Assembly (NCBI RefSeq): GCF_009914755.1
Contig: NC_060928.1
DNA length: 64,000 nucleotides
Source: the human T2T-CHM13v2.0 reference genome, Homo sapiens
Strand: one strand, 5' to 3'
Translations under genes and position numbers: made by a program
Shown here: piece by piece, positions 43,341-59,280 of the stretch
How the letters are laid out: every line of letters starts with the position of its first letter
How positions within the stretch are numbered: position 1 is the stretch's first letter
The notes under the pieces: model-generated
Told to the model about the DNA's origin: nothing
Seen by the model: the letters and a program-made list of their open reading frames with translations, nothing else
Database searches by the model: none

Positions 43341-44217
43341 CAAGAAAAAAACATCATCTGAATATTTTTCCCACCAAGAAATTAAGTTATTGAAGTTCTC
43401 ACAATTACTAACAGTATGCTAACCAAGTGTTGTCTAAGAAAAGCTTAAAAAGACAAATGATTTGGAAGTAATATATCAGAACTGCCTGCTTATGTGTTGC
43501 AATTATATAATTTGTATGTAAATGAGTATACTTAGGTAAACAATCTCCTTATGGGTTTGCCCATCCTATAGTAATGTGCTTAGCCCTCTTTTCAAGAGAT
43601 AGTGCAAAGGTAACATCAACCCATGTGTCAGTAATCATCAGATTAACAAAATCCATATCAGTTTGGATTTTTCTCCATGCCATTATGGGAATATACTATA
43701 ATTATCATAGTTTTACTCTAAGAGCTCAATTTGTCTTGGATAGTGACAGTTGTATAATATTAAATCTATGCCTTGGAAAGTGGTAAAGTTATTATAGAAA
43801 ACATATTGAGCCACTTTTCAAAGCTCCAAATAAGAAAGTTGTTTTCAATACTAAAACCACTGATTTATATCAAAAACTTCACAAGGGTTTATAATTTTTA
43901 ATAACTTTAAACACTGAAAGAAAATAACTATTTTCAAGTCCAAAAGGATCAGATTGGTTTGAAAATTGTCACACATTTTGCTTCTCTTTATGCCTGTTTA
44001 ATTGGTTAATGAAATATTTTCAAAGAGAGAAATGTCTTGCTGCATGGTTTTCTGGGCCCTGCCCAGAAAAGTCAACTTTGGAGGGAAGGGTTTATCAGGA
44101 AGAAGGACGTAGCTTTTCACCAGCCTTGTGTCTGCTATTTCAGCACCTGCTTGACTCTGCTTTTTGATTTTCCACCCAAATGCTGGGACGGCCTGGATGC
44201 TCTAAGTAGGAATATGG

Positions 44218-44727
44218 TGCTGAGACCAGCACGGTTGTGGATACCCTAACCCAGCAGCTCTAGAGGAATTAAAGACACACACACAGAAATATAGAGTGTG
44301 GAGTGGGAAATCAGGGGACTCACAGCCTTCAGAGCTGAGAGCCCCGAACAGAGATTTACCCGCATATTTATTGATAGCAAGCCAGTGATAAGCATTGTTT
44401 CTATAGATTATAGATTAACTAAAAGTATTCCTTACAGGAAACAAAGAGATGGGCCGAAGCAAAGGGATGGACTCTGGCTAGTTATCTACAGCAGGAACAT
44501 GTCCTTAAGGCACAGATTGCTCATGCTATTGTTTGTGGTTTAGGAATGCCTTTAAGCAGTTTTCCACCCTGGGTGGGCCAGGTGTTCCTTGCCCTTATTC
44601 CGGTAAACCCACAACCTTCAGCATGGGCATCATGGCCATCATGAACATGTCACAGTGCTGCAGAGATTTTGTTTATGGACAGTTTTGGGGCCAGTTTATG
44701 GCCAGATTTGGGGGCCTGTTCCCGAAA
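44218..44727 (-). mobile_element. MER9a solo LTR (HERV-K9/HML-3)
   Basis: The minus strand matches the recalled MER9 consensus end to end (gggaacaggcccccaaatctggccataaactggcccc...ctggtctcagca). Imperfect TSD tatgg / tgtgg. Confidence 0.92.
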
Positions 44728-45140
44728 TGTGGAGTGTCCTCTGCTCAGTATTTGATTAGAAAGAAGAGGTTCTTTCCCCCCTTTTTCCATGCAGAAAGGC
44801 TTGGACCAGAAGGGTGGAGGGAAAAATCAAGTTCTAGCTTAAAAAGCTCAACAGAAACAAGTACGTTAATTCAGCATGATTTTTTGAAAACAAACTCATG
44901 TTCCTCAGCACGCCATAATTGCAGTTTAATTCCCTGCCCATAAGAATGCTGATGTCACTCAAATTCTGACCACTGAAGAAGACCAGGTTTGCTCTTATTC
45001 TTGGCTGACTGCAACTGGCATTGATGTAAAGCATATTTATATATAAAACAAAAAACACTTAAGAGGCTTATCTGTCCCTATTCTCCAGATATGTATCTGA
45101 CACTTCATGGAGTGTCTTCTTCATATGAGTTTCATCTTCC

Positions 45141-45440
45141 ACCAGGTGTGGTGACTCACTCTTGTAATCCCAGGACTTTAGGAGGTCAGGGTGGACAGAT
45201 CATTTGAGCTCAGGAGTTTGAGACCAGCCTGGGCAACATGGCAAAACCCAGACCCTACAAAAAAATACAAAAATTAGCCAGGCTTGGTGGCACATGCCTG
45301 TGGTCCCAGCTGCTTGGGAGGTGGAGGTGGGAGGAGGATCACTTGAACCCAACAGGCGGAGGTTGCAGTGAACCAAGATCTCACCACTGCACTGCAGCCT
45401 GGACAACAGAGCAAGACTTTGTCTCAATTAAAAAAAAGAG
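45141..45440 (+). mobile_element. Alu (J-type, AluJb-like)
   Basis: Dimeric Alu with ttgagctcaggagtttgagaccagcctgggcaacatgg. Confidence 0.92.
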
Positions 45441-45519
45441 AGATTAAAGTTGAATTCTTACCTTGATTGAATCAAAGACAGGGAAGATTTGAAGGAATAC
45501 CACTCTTTAAGGTTCTCTT

Positions 45520-45808
45520 CAAGAGAAAGAAAAGGAAAGAACAGAAAAGAAAAGAGAGAGAGAACAAAAAAGGAAGAAGGGAAGGAAGAGAGAGAAAGAG
45601 AAAAGAAGGAAGGAAGGGGAGAGAGAGAAAGAAAAAAAGAAAGAAAGAAAAGAAAGAAAGAAGGAAAGAAAGAAAGAAAGAAAAAGAAAGGAAGAAAAAG
45701 AAAGGAAGGAAGGAAGGAAGGAAGGGGAAGGGGAAGGAGGGTGGAAGGAAGGAATGAAGGAAGGAAGGAAGGAAGGAAGAGAGAGATAGAGAGAAATAAA
45801 TAAAGAAA
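45520..45808. repeat. Polypurine (GAAA)n/(GGAA)n tract
   Basis: About 290 bp almost purely A/G; (GGAA)5 runs at 45704-45723 and 45759-45778. Confidence 0.97.
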
Positions 45809-46949
45809 AGGTCAGCACAGACCTTTAGGTAAAGTCCTACTCCCATTCAAATCTCGGAGAATGCCCCTCACTGTTCTATCCTATTCCTCAGGAAACACCT
45901 GTCTCTTCAGTTGGTCTTTTGTTGGATAATGACAGTGTGTCAAGGGGAAATAGCATTTCCTATGTGTTAGATGTTTTTTTGGTAGAGCCGTATCCCATTC
46001 AGGCACTTTTCTTTCTTTTCCTTTGATGGAGGAAAAATGCAGGATGATGAGAAAGCCCCAACTGACATCAGTAGATTATCTTAGCTTTATAAAGCCATTC
46101 CAATTGATCACTAGGGCTTGAATATGCCTTAGGCTCAAAGTATATAAATTGGAATTTCTCTTGTGGTTCAGTTTTCCTTCTGAAGGGTTACAAAATTGGA
46201 GCTAATAGCTAGAGAAAGGGTCCTCTAGCATATTACATATAATTTGGTGGGATTGTCCCTCTTGATATATTTATAAATGTCTCTCAGCCCCTTTACATGT
46301 ACTTTCGTTGATGCTTCAATTACCTTTTGGTGAAGAGGGCGTGAGGAAAAATAATTCCATTATCGAATATGCTTTTATTATTCCTCTTTAATGCCTTTTT
46401 CATTTTGGGGTTTTAGGAAATTATGCTCACTTTTGTTTTTAAACTAATCATTGACTTTTTATAATAATACAACTACTTTTTCAATATAGTAAAGCTTTGA
46501 CAGTGTTTCCCAAAAAACTCTTGCAGGAATATGAGAGTAAAAATTTATAGTCAGTAGTTCTCTCTCATGCCTTTGTTTCCCCCACTTCTGGTTACACCAG
46601 AAGGTCCTGTGCTTATATTTGGTCATCACATTCCTGGAGGCTTTGCCTTCTGACTGTTCTCCTTCTGTAGATTCTGTGGTCACCACAACCTGAAATGAGG
46701 ACTACTTTGTGACATGAAGCAGTAACTTGAAGAAGGGCCAAGGGGATGAAAAAGACAATGTAGGCTAACACAATATAACAAGTAGCTTAAAAAAAAAGAC
46801 AAAATAAATCATTCTCCTTCAAAACAAATTGAGGCAAAATGAGCAAAAGGGTCAAAATACAAAATTCGTGGGCTGACCTGGAAAATATAAAGATGGACCT
46901 AGAGATTGAATTTCAACCCTAAATTGCTTGAATCTCTTGAATCTGTTAA

Positions 46950-47140
46950 TTGATTAATTCACTAAACAATTATGTATTAAATGTCAGACACTATACCATC
47001 AGGTTCTGGTAATAGAAATAAACATGACAGATCTGGTCCCTGTACTCATGTTATTTATAATCTAATGGAGAGAACACAGCTTATTTAAATTATTACAAAA
47101 AATAATTACATACATACAAATGTGATAAGAGCTCTGCAGC
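46950..47140 (-). mobile_element. L2 3'-end fragment
   Basis: ttcactaaacaatt...aaacatgacagatctggtccctgtactcatg...taatctaatggagag. Confidence 0.6.
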
Positions 47141-47479
47141 AACTAGGTAAAGTACATTTTAAATGATGATTTATAAGTCTCTATATTCAACAAAGACCCT
47201 GACACCCTCTTGAAACACACTATAATATAGTCTATCTTTTAATTATTAATGTGAAATTGTTAATAATTAGTATCAAATGTAAAATTGTTTTATAATTTCT
47301 TTGATTTGAATTATGCAAATGGGAAAGAAAATTCACCATTTTGGGTGTGCCAATCAGAAAAAAATGTCTACTATGCCACTGATACTCTCCCAGAGAGTTT
47401 CTAAGACACACCAGGCTATTGATGGGGAACTACAATAGCAGCTGCTTAGAGATATAGAGATGACCTATGCAACTTGTAT

Positions 47480-47622
47480 CTTTGTAGTCAGCTAGTTATT
47501 TACCTAAGATTCTTTTCTTCTTTAAAATGAAGATAATAATGATTAGTTCAATAACCTGAGAGGCTGTTGTAAGGCTAAATTAGATAAAATCACTTTTTAA
47601 AGAGCTACAAATCATATTAGTA
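47480..47622 (+). mobile_element. MIR fragment
   Basis: ttcttctttaaaatgaagataataat...ggctgttgtaaggctaaattagataa. Confidence 0.6.
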
Positions 47623-47699
47623 TTTTGAATTCTAAAAATCAACGTGTTCAGTTCATGGCAACATGTGCAGAGAAATAAAACATTAAACAGGTTATTACA

Positions 47700-47955
47700 A
47701 TGTAATAACTAAATTAAAACCCAATTTGTAGTCAAGTAAATGCAGAATTGATGCTGAGAAAGTCAAATCAGTGATGTAAAGGAAATTGGGAAAAGTTCCC
47801 CAAATGTATATTCTTATGCAAAAAAATGAAAATGATAAGATCAAAACGATAAATAAAAGAGCCATCCTTCAGCTAACAGATAAACCCTGAAGAAGAAAAC
47901 AAATAAAAAGTGAATGAAACACTTATCAAAGATATACTAGAAGAAATTTATCTTT
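47700..47955 (+). mobile_element. Very old L1/HAL1 ORF1-like relic
   Basis: A-rich aatgcagaattgatgctgaga..caaatcagtgat...cctgaagaagaaaac...atcaaagatatactagaagaaattt resembles L1M ORF1. Confidence 0.45.
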
Positions 47956-48477
47956 GATAAAAAATTATTCATTATTTCTATTTTCTAGTTAATACTGAAA
48001 CAACAGTATCTTATCTATCTTGTATATCTTAGTTGTAAAATTAAGTAAAAGTTCCTGATGTTTTATGTGAATTTCTGGCTGTACAAGAAGACTACAGCTT
48101 TTTATAATTTGGGAATAGTTATAGTGCTTAATATTATTTGTGTAAAAGCCAAGCAAAGTTTAAGCACAGATGATTAAAATATCCTCCAGGCTAACTCCCA
48201 TAAAATTGAATTAAAGCACTAGATAAAGCATTGATTTATTCCATATTGATATTAGTCATAAAAGTATGTGTCTCATACAGGAATACAAAATATTAGCCAT
48301 AAGGTTATTAAGTGTCTAGATTTGATAACGTATATATTTAACAACACTTTTCATGGCTTGGAACAAATGAAGTTACCAAATCCTTGCCATCCAAGAAACC
48401 GATAATCTGATTGGGGAGAAGGATGTATGCAGGAAAAATAAAGAAATGAATAAGCAAAAATAAAGAAATGAACAAAG

Positions 48478-48513
48478 ATCACATCTCGGCCTTTTGGCTG
48501 AGATCAAGTGTAG
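48478..48513 (+). pseudogene. RNU2: 3'-truncated (tailless) U2 snRNA retrocopy, U2 nt 1-36
   Basis: atcacatctcggccttttggctgagatcaagtgtag versus U2 atcgcttctcggccttttggctaagatcaagtgtag (33/36). TSD agaaatgaacaaag (48464-48477) / agaaattaacaaag (48512-48525). Confidence 0.92.
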
Positions 48514-48854
48514 AAATTAACAAAGAACGGTATTAAAAGGTTAAGATATAGTCTGAATAAGGAATCAAGAAGTTTCAAAATTTTCTATTTGGCCATTGGT
48601 TATAGGAAAGGGGCAATTTCAAAGCATGTGCAGAATTATGACTGCTTTGAAAACATTCTTCAGGTTCTGGAGACTAGAGATAACTGTAATGGAGAAAGCT
48701 ATTTTCGATGTTGTCATAGCAATGCAGTTGTTTCCTGTCATCCTTGCTCTTTTGGAATGGAGCCATTTGATGAGTTTCTCATGGTCACATTCTACCTCTT
48801 CTGCAGCAGCATCATCAGAATAGCTATTATTTGTTAGACTGTTATATAATTGCA

Positions 48855-49105
48855 CCTAATATTTGCATTGTATGTATTCTATGCCAAGTCTATTATTTAA
48901 TAATCAACATGTACTACTATTCAACATTCCTTATAGTAGCTCTATGAGGTAGATACTATATTTTTTCCCATTTAACAAATGGGGAAACAAAAGCAAAGAG
49001 AATTTAGGTAACTTGCCCAAGGTGAAAACTTATACATTACAACGCTGAGGTTTGAACCCAGGCAGTCAGGCTCTAGACTTTGTGCTCTTAATTGCTATGC
49101 TGCAC
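48855..49105 (-). mobile_element. MIR
   Basis: ctctatgaggtagatacta...cccatttaacaaatggggaaac...taacttgcccaagg...tttgaacccaggcagtc. Confidence 0.85.
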
Positions 49106-49164
49106 TGCCTATGACCAAACCTTGTAATAGGTGCTATAGTAATGTTCACAAGAACCTGACAAGA

Positions 49165-49330
49165 TAGAGATTATTATCTTCATTTTTATATGATGAGACT
49201 GAAGAAGGTTAAATTGCCAAAAGTCACAGCAGTAATAAGTGACAAAGCTAGGGTTCAAACCCAGGTTTGGGTGAATCCAGTGCCTGTTTTCAGGGTGAAT
49301 CCAGTGCCTGTTTTCATTACCCAACACTGT
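49165..49330 (-). mobile_element. MIR fragment containing a perfect 24-bp tandem duplication (49269-49316)
   Basis: gatgagactgaagaaggttaaattgccaaaagtcacagcagtaataagtgacaaagctagggttcaaacccagg, then gggtgaatccagtgcctgttttca x2. Confidence 0.78.
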
Positions 49331-52300
49331 CTCATATTGAATTTTAGAGAACATATCCTCTAGGCAGGAATTTCTGTCTGAACATACAAAAAAGTCATAT
49401 ACTATGAATATGTAATATGTTTTAGAAAGGTGATTTTTCTTTCAGGAGATCTATTTTTAAACATATTTTTAAAGCAGATTTGAATAGGAATATATTTAAT
49501 ACTTGGTAACAAAACCCTTTATTTATAAATACAAGATTGAAAAAGCTGCATGTTTCTTAGCTAGCTCCCAAAGGGAATACTGAGAATAACAAAAATAAAA
49601 GTTGTCTCAATAAGTTAAACCACAGACTTAAGCTACAGCAATTTTAGAGCAAATTAACTGTTATGTTTATTGTTTATCCTCTGTTAGCTAATATTAGAAA
49701 CTCCTTTGTATATGTGGCATATAGAAATAAATGGAATTTGCATTTAAATAACTGGTTATATCAAGTCTAACAAAACATGTATTTTTTATTAGGTGTGGTT
49801 TCCAATGAAGAATATGTTGTTGAATCAAAAAGATAATTGGATCAGTGATCTTGAATCTTTCATAGGTGATGTTGAGTAGAAACCTCCATGTATAGTTAAA
49901 ACTAATGACCTAGTAAGATGTGTGCTTCGAGTTTTCCCAGTGATATTGAAGAGTTTTTAAGTCATCATCATTCTCACTCAGAGGCTCCTGGTGTCTTGAA
50001 GTACCCATTTGTATGACAACTGGCTAACACCAAATTGTTTGTGGCAAACTGGATGAAATCAACTTGTCTGCCATATAAATTCATCTTTTGGTTTCACATT
50101 TCTCGTGACCATTTTTTATTCAACTCAGAATATCTTTTGATTTTATTAATTCACTTAGGCTGCTTGTGTGATTGTGAATAAATTTTTTAGTCTTAGTCCT
50201 TTTCTATGTATAAGGTAAAGAAAGCCACATACTACTTTCACCTGTTTTTTTTAATAGTAAGTTGAATTAATGCTTTTTTAAAAAGTGTTAGAAAAAAGAT
50301 TTTTTTTTTAAGAAACCACAGTTCGCCTGTTCAAGTTTGAGCCAACTCAAGTTCTCTTTGGGTAAAAGCCAAGTGAAAATATGTCTCAAGTTTCTTACAT
50401 GAAAGAAGCATATAAAGGCAGGAAATTTAAAGACGACCTAGTGATTTTTAATAACACAGGGAAATATTTGGTTGATTTTTGGTATCTTTTTCCCTTTCAA
50501 AAAATAGATTTAAAATACTAATAATGCCGGTTCAGTCTTCCTTTGAAAAGGAAAATGAGGGCACAGTGTTCACTTAACAATGGATGCATGAAAATGACAG
50601 CATCCTGGGGAGCAAGAGCAATGACGTAAATCTTTTAAAATGAGGATATTAAACACTTTTTCTTGACAGGCTAAAGGCAATGTGTACAGGGAATAATTAT
50701 AATACCTCAGGAGGGTGAAAAGCTGAAGTGGTTTGTTGGAATAGATATTACCGGGACATATTTTTTTTTCTGATGCTTCCCAAATAAAGGATTCAGTGTG
50801 TGTCAGCTGTTGATTGTTTAAAAAAGCTATACACATTTTAATTTAACAGAATATTTATTTTATTCTCTGATTTAATAGTTGGCTGTTTTTTGAAGGAATT
50901 ATATGTGCCTATACTCTTCTGGAAAGTTTTATCTTCTTTCTTCTATTTCTAGCTTCATAACTGCCGCAGTGGTCTTATTCGCTTTCTTCAGCCATCTCAC
51001 ACGTATCTGATGCACAGAATACTATGATGCTCCTTATTACACACGACATGCAAGTATAGAGATTGAAACTTCAGTGGCGTGAAATTCCTTTCTTAGAGCA
51101 TTGTGGATATCACTAATCTTTTGGGTAGCATTGCTGAGAGCCATGCTTGTCTAAGCTTATGAGGAATCTCCCACAGTGTTAAAGAAGTCAAAACAAGTCA
51201 AGAAAAAAAAATTGAATTAACTTTCATCTCTCTATTAATGGGTAAATGACTTCTATCTGAACTTCTCAACTTCTATCTGAAAATTTTTCTTTTTGGAACT
51301 TGCTCTTAATTTCACAGCACCTAAAGAGTCCCTTGAGACCAACTGGTACTTGTAAAGTTCCATTACAACAATGAACAAAATAATGACATAACCACTCTTA
51401 AAAAAGTCAATGGCTATTGAAAACAAAATATTTGGTGAAGTCCCTGTACAAAATCATCATCTCATTTTGTCCTGTAATATATGCCACATCTATTTTTGAG
51501 TTAATACATTCAGTTTCAGGTAGTTCTAAACTTTGAAGTCTAGCATTGATGACTGAGCTTGAAATCATACTCTAGAATTGGATGATGAGCTCACATAAAC
51601 CCATTTATGTTGGAGGAAAGGGGAAATGGAGAAGAATCTCCACCAGCAGAGACAGTACACAACATACTTTCATGCACACTCACAATTTGTGATTGTCATG
51701 GCCAGACCAAAAAAAGGTTCCCAACCTCTCTCTCATCCCCTCCTTCTACAGCAGATTGTTTTGTAGGCTTAAGCTAGCCTTTTATTATAGCTGCATTAAT
51801 TGCTAATGCTAGGTGAATAGTACTCTCCTTGACTCTGGTGTAACCACTTCAGAGGGGAGAGGGGACAGGGTGTAAAAAGAAAAAAGCATCATCATTCTTT
51901 CAATTCACATGTGTGTAATAATTAAACACTTTGAGGGGAGCGTTCAGAAGAATATTAATAAATTCCCTTGAGAGTTCTTTTCAATAATAGGCAGGCTCTT
52001 TTACCTTTGGAATATTCCATGTGTCATTATTTTTCATCTTTAGCTTTCCTTTGGGATGCAATCATTGGCAGTTCAGACAACTTTCACATCAAAGTTTTCA
52101 AGTTGAAGGAAGTCATTTAAGTAAGATTAACCTAAGTAAGTACCATTTTCACTAAATCTAGAAGAAAAAAATCAATCATCTCTTAATACAAAGGTGTGTG
52201 TTTAAAATATTATCAATGAATGTTCACACATTAGCCAGAGAGAATCTTCCTGGCATGAGTCCAGGCTGTCTGCGTGAGTGAAAAGAGAACATTTTGTATT

Positions 52301-53698
52301 CTACCTGCCAGGTGAGAATCTGAGTCATACTTTCCCAAGTGGTGTTTTTGGAGACAGAGCCAATGAGGAATTTAAATTTTAGAAGTTCCTCCTTCTTAAT
52401 ATAATGCATAAAATATTGACAGAGTGTGTAATATGAATGGTTTTTAATTCCAAGATATGGTTATAAGGTTTTAATAACCAATCTAGGGGAACACTAGCTA
52501 ATTTAGAACATAATTCTTGGAGGAGTTTGTTATGCCCTTAGGGCTCTGGCTTTGGAGAGACCTTTGATAACATTTAGCATTTCTCCATTGAGACTCTTAA
52601 GTAGCTCAATCTGGGTAGCTTTGTGTTAGGATGTTTCATTTCATTAAAACATTCCTTTTCTTATTAGCATTCCCAAGTCTTTCTGATAGTTATAGAATGT
52701 GATTGGCTTAATAAAAGATTTTCTAGGAGACTGCTCAATTCATTAAATGGGATTTTTATCATCAAAATTAACATTTAAAATATTATATTTTGAAATAATT
52801 GAATGTGATGGATGAGTTAAATAGGCTGCATTTTTAAACTAACATTTTGGCTATGGTTTTGAAATTCAAAGCTTTACTTGTTTTGAAGTAAACATAGGTT
52901 GGGTGATTCTGTTGCTTAAATTATTTTCGACTCTTATCTATGCTTTAATCAAACTTGAACAGTTACAAATTTTCATATTACTATTCATCATTATTATGGG
53001 GGTCTCAGATTCGGTAAACTGTATACATATTCACCCTATTCTTCCCACTTTTCGTGTGAGAACACAATTGTTCACCTTTCTTTTGAAGCCTAATTTCAAC
53101 TCAAACATCACAGTCCAGTAAGTGAAAAAAGTTTTCCATTTGCTACATCAGTGACAGACAATTCTTCTTAAGCTCCTTTACTTATTGTATTGCCTTGCTT
53201 AAATAGGCTTCCAACTGCGTTCACCTTTAGACCAAATATTAGCCTGATCCCTAAAGACTTCTATTATATGACCCCACTCTGCCCTTTCAAACTTAGTTCT
53301 CATGACTCTTCTATAAGAAACATGTACCATCAACAAAGCAAGCTATTCACTGCCCCCAGAGTACCCTGCATACATCTGTACATGTATGCTTTTGTTTTAC
53401 ATTTTACCCAGCCTTCATGATCTTCCTTTCCCTTTACATATACTCATTACCTTATTGAATCCACCAAAGAAACCACTTTTTCCAAGTATCTTCAGATGTA
53501 CTCTTCTCATAGCTTTCTCTCTCCCCACTTTGGATTTCGGTAGCTGTTACGGTCTGAATGTCTGTGTCACCCACCAAATTCATATGCTGTAATTCTAATT
53601 TCCAATGGGATGGTATTAGGTGGAGGGGTCTTTGGGAGGTGATTAGGTCATGATAATGGAATACTCAAGAATGGGATTAGTGGCCTTTTAAAAGGGAC

Positions 53699-53914
53699 CC
53701 CAGAGATTCTGGTATGTTGTGTCTTTGTTCTCACTGGTTTCAAAGAACATCTTTATTTCTGTCTTCATTTCATTATGTACCCAGTAGTTATTCAGGAGCA
53801 GGTTGTTCAGTTTCCATGTAGTTGAGTGGTTTTGAGTGAGCATCTTAATCCTGAGTTCTAGTTTAATTGCACTGTGGTCTGAGAGATAGTTTGTTATAAT
53901 TTCTGTTCTTTTAC

Positions 53915-53915
<1 letters not shown>
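53699..53915 (-). mobile_element. LINE-1 copy 3, short inverted 5' arm (end of ORF2 EN domain)
   Basis: The minus strand encodes [24 protein letters not shown]...KDTTYQNLW. Confidence 0.95.
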
Positions 53916-57142
<3,227 letters not shown>

Positions 57143-58526
57143 AAAAGGGATCCCAGAGTGCTCTCATTCTCTTTCTGTCATGTTAGGGTCCAATAACAAA
57201 TGGAAAGTCTGCAGCCCAGCAGAGTGTCCTCACCAGAACTTGACGATGCTGACACCCTGACCCTGGACTTCCCATCCTCCATAAGTATAAGAAATAAATT
57301 TCTGTTGTTTATAAACCACCCAGTGTATGATATATTGTTATAGCCAATTTGACCGACTAAAACAGTAGTATTCACTGTTTACCAGATAATATTCACCAGA
57401 CAAATACACACTAAATGTATTTATAAATTTATTTAAATGTATCATTTCTTTTCTTGAGTATAATAAGTTTCTTAAGGGCAAAAAGCCTCTTTTATCTGTC
57501 TTATTCATAATACAGCATACAATACCAGCTCCAGAGAAGGCACTCAATATTTGCTGGAGAAGAATGGTAGGCAGGTAGGAAGGCAGGAAGGAAGGAAGCA
57601 AGAGAGGGAGAAATGAAGGGGAAGGAATGAAAGTGAGAGGGTGGGGAGAGATTTGTCTCTTATAAACAGGAATGTAACTTTTTGAAAGGGCCATGTTTTT
57701 GTGTAAAAAGAAACTGAACATTCATTGCAAAATTGTAGATGCTCAAACATTCATTCATTTATTCAACAGGCATTTGTTAAGTTCCTCCTCTTCTGCCTCC
57801 ATGAGGGATTTTGCTTTCTATTTGCCTCATCATATCAAAGTTTTGGAAAATAACAGTTTCTTCTCACCAAGTTTTGGGGGATATTTGTTGACTATGTTAT
57901 CCATCTCTATATATGCATTAAAAAATGAATGTCTCTCTCCTCTAGTATTCTTATCATGAAACATATTTTTAATTATGACCCCAAATTAGAATTTCTAAAT
58001 CATATTCTAAAGATTGAGAATACATATTATATATATATATATTATATTTATATACACACAGGATTACATATATAAAATCTTTCATAGAAGACAATTTTGA
58101 AATATATGTATGTATATGTGATTATTCATGGATATACATGGATAAGAAAAGCCTCAAAATAATCTTAATTCTTCTGTGATGACAAATACCTACTTTTTCA
58201 GTGCCAAACAATAGCTGTTTACAACTATACTGAAATATATTTACAATGGATGTATATTTCTATCTAAGTGGGCTGGTAGTCTGTGTTCATTCATTCTACA
58301 TATTTTTTCTTCCTCTCTGGCCATTGCACAAACTTAGCAAAACAGCATATATTTACCTTTCTCTTTAATGTCATCTGTTATCAAGGTGGTGATAGGCTTG
58401 CCAGTCAATCTGCCTGTAAAAAGTGATCAGAGATAACATAAATTGCTCCGAAAATATTTCTACCAAACCTGTATACAATGTCATATCAGTGAGGGTACTC
58501 TCAACAGAAAGTAATGGAAAATTCAG

Positions 58527-58888
58527 GGGCCAGGCTCAATGGTTCACAGCTATAACCTCAGCAACTCAGGAGGCTGAAGCAGAAGGATCGCTTGAGCCCA
58601 GGAGTTTAAGACTAGCCTGGGCAACATAGCGAGATCCAGTCTACACAAAAAATAAAAAATTAGCTGGTGTGGTAGCACGTACCTATAAGTCCTAGCTACT
58701 TGGGAGGCTGAGGCTGGAGGATTGATCCCTTGAGCCTAGGAGTTCAAGGTTACGGTGAGCTATGAGCTGTGATCACACCATTGTACTCCAGACTGGGCAA
58801 CAGAGCAAGACTTTGTATCAAAGAAGGAAAGAAGAAAGGAAAGAGGGAAAGAAGAAAGGAAGGAAGGAGGGAAGGAAGGAAGGAAAAA
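58527..58888 (+). mobile_element. AluJ with a (GGAA/GAAA)n tail (58823-58888)
   Basis: ggatcgcttgagcccaggagttt...ggttacggtgagctatg are J diagnostics. Confidence 0.9.
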
Positions 58889-59099
58889 AATTCATAAAAG
58901 TGGCTTACACATTATGGCTGATTAGTTTAGTGCTCAGTGATGGTTCTTCTGTCTTTCTTCTCCATGTACATTTCTTCCATCCTAGCCAGACTGGCTATCT
59001 CCTCTCCATGTTGCTGAAGCTCTATCACGTCCTATTCATCAATGTCAGAGGAAGATAAATAACAATTTCTTCCTTTGGCATTATTTTTAGAATATTAAA

Positions 59100-59280
59100 A
59101 ATGAATAATATTTTCTCTGAACTCCTTTAACACTATTTGTGTTTACTATTAGTTTATTTCTCCCACAGTTACAATCTGGGGCTCCAGAGACACTTGTGTT
59201 TTGTTCACTGCAGTTTCCCTAGCACCTAGTTCCTGCTGTGTAGTAGGTGCTCAGTAAATACTTGTAGAATGAATAACTGA
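59100..59280 (+). mobile_element. L2a 3' end
   Basis: ttttgttcactgcagtttccctagcacctag...tagtaggtgctcagtaaatacttgtagaatgaat. Confidence 0.8.

Noticed and set aside
48589-48855. Three overlapping ORFs next to the U2 fragment, as a possible chimeric retrogene
   Set aside because: They lie outside the U2 TSD, have no poly(A) or TSD of their own, and show no recognisable similarity.
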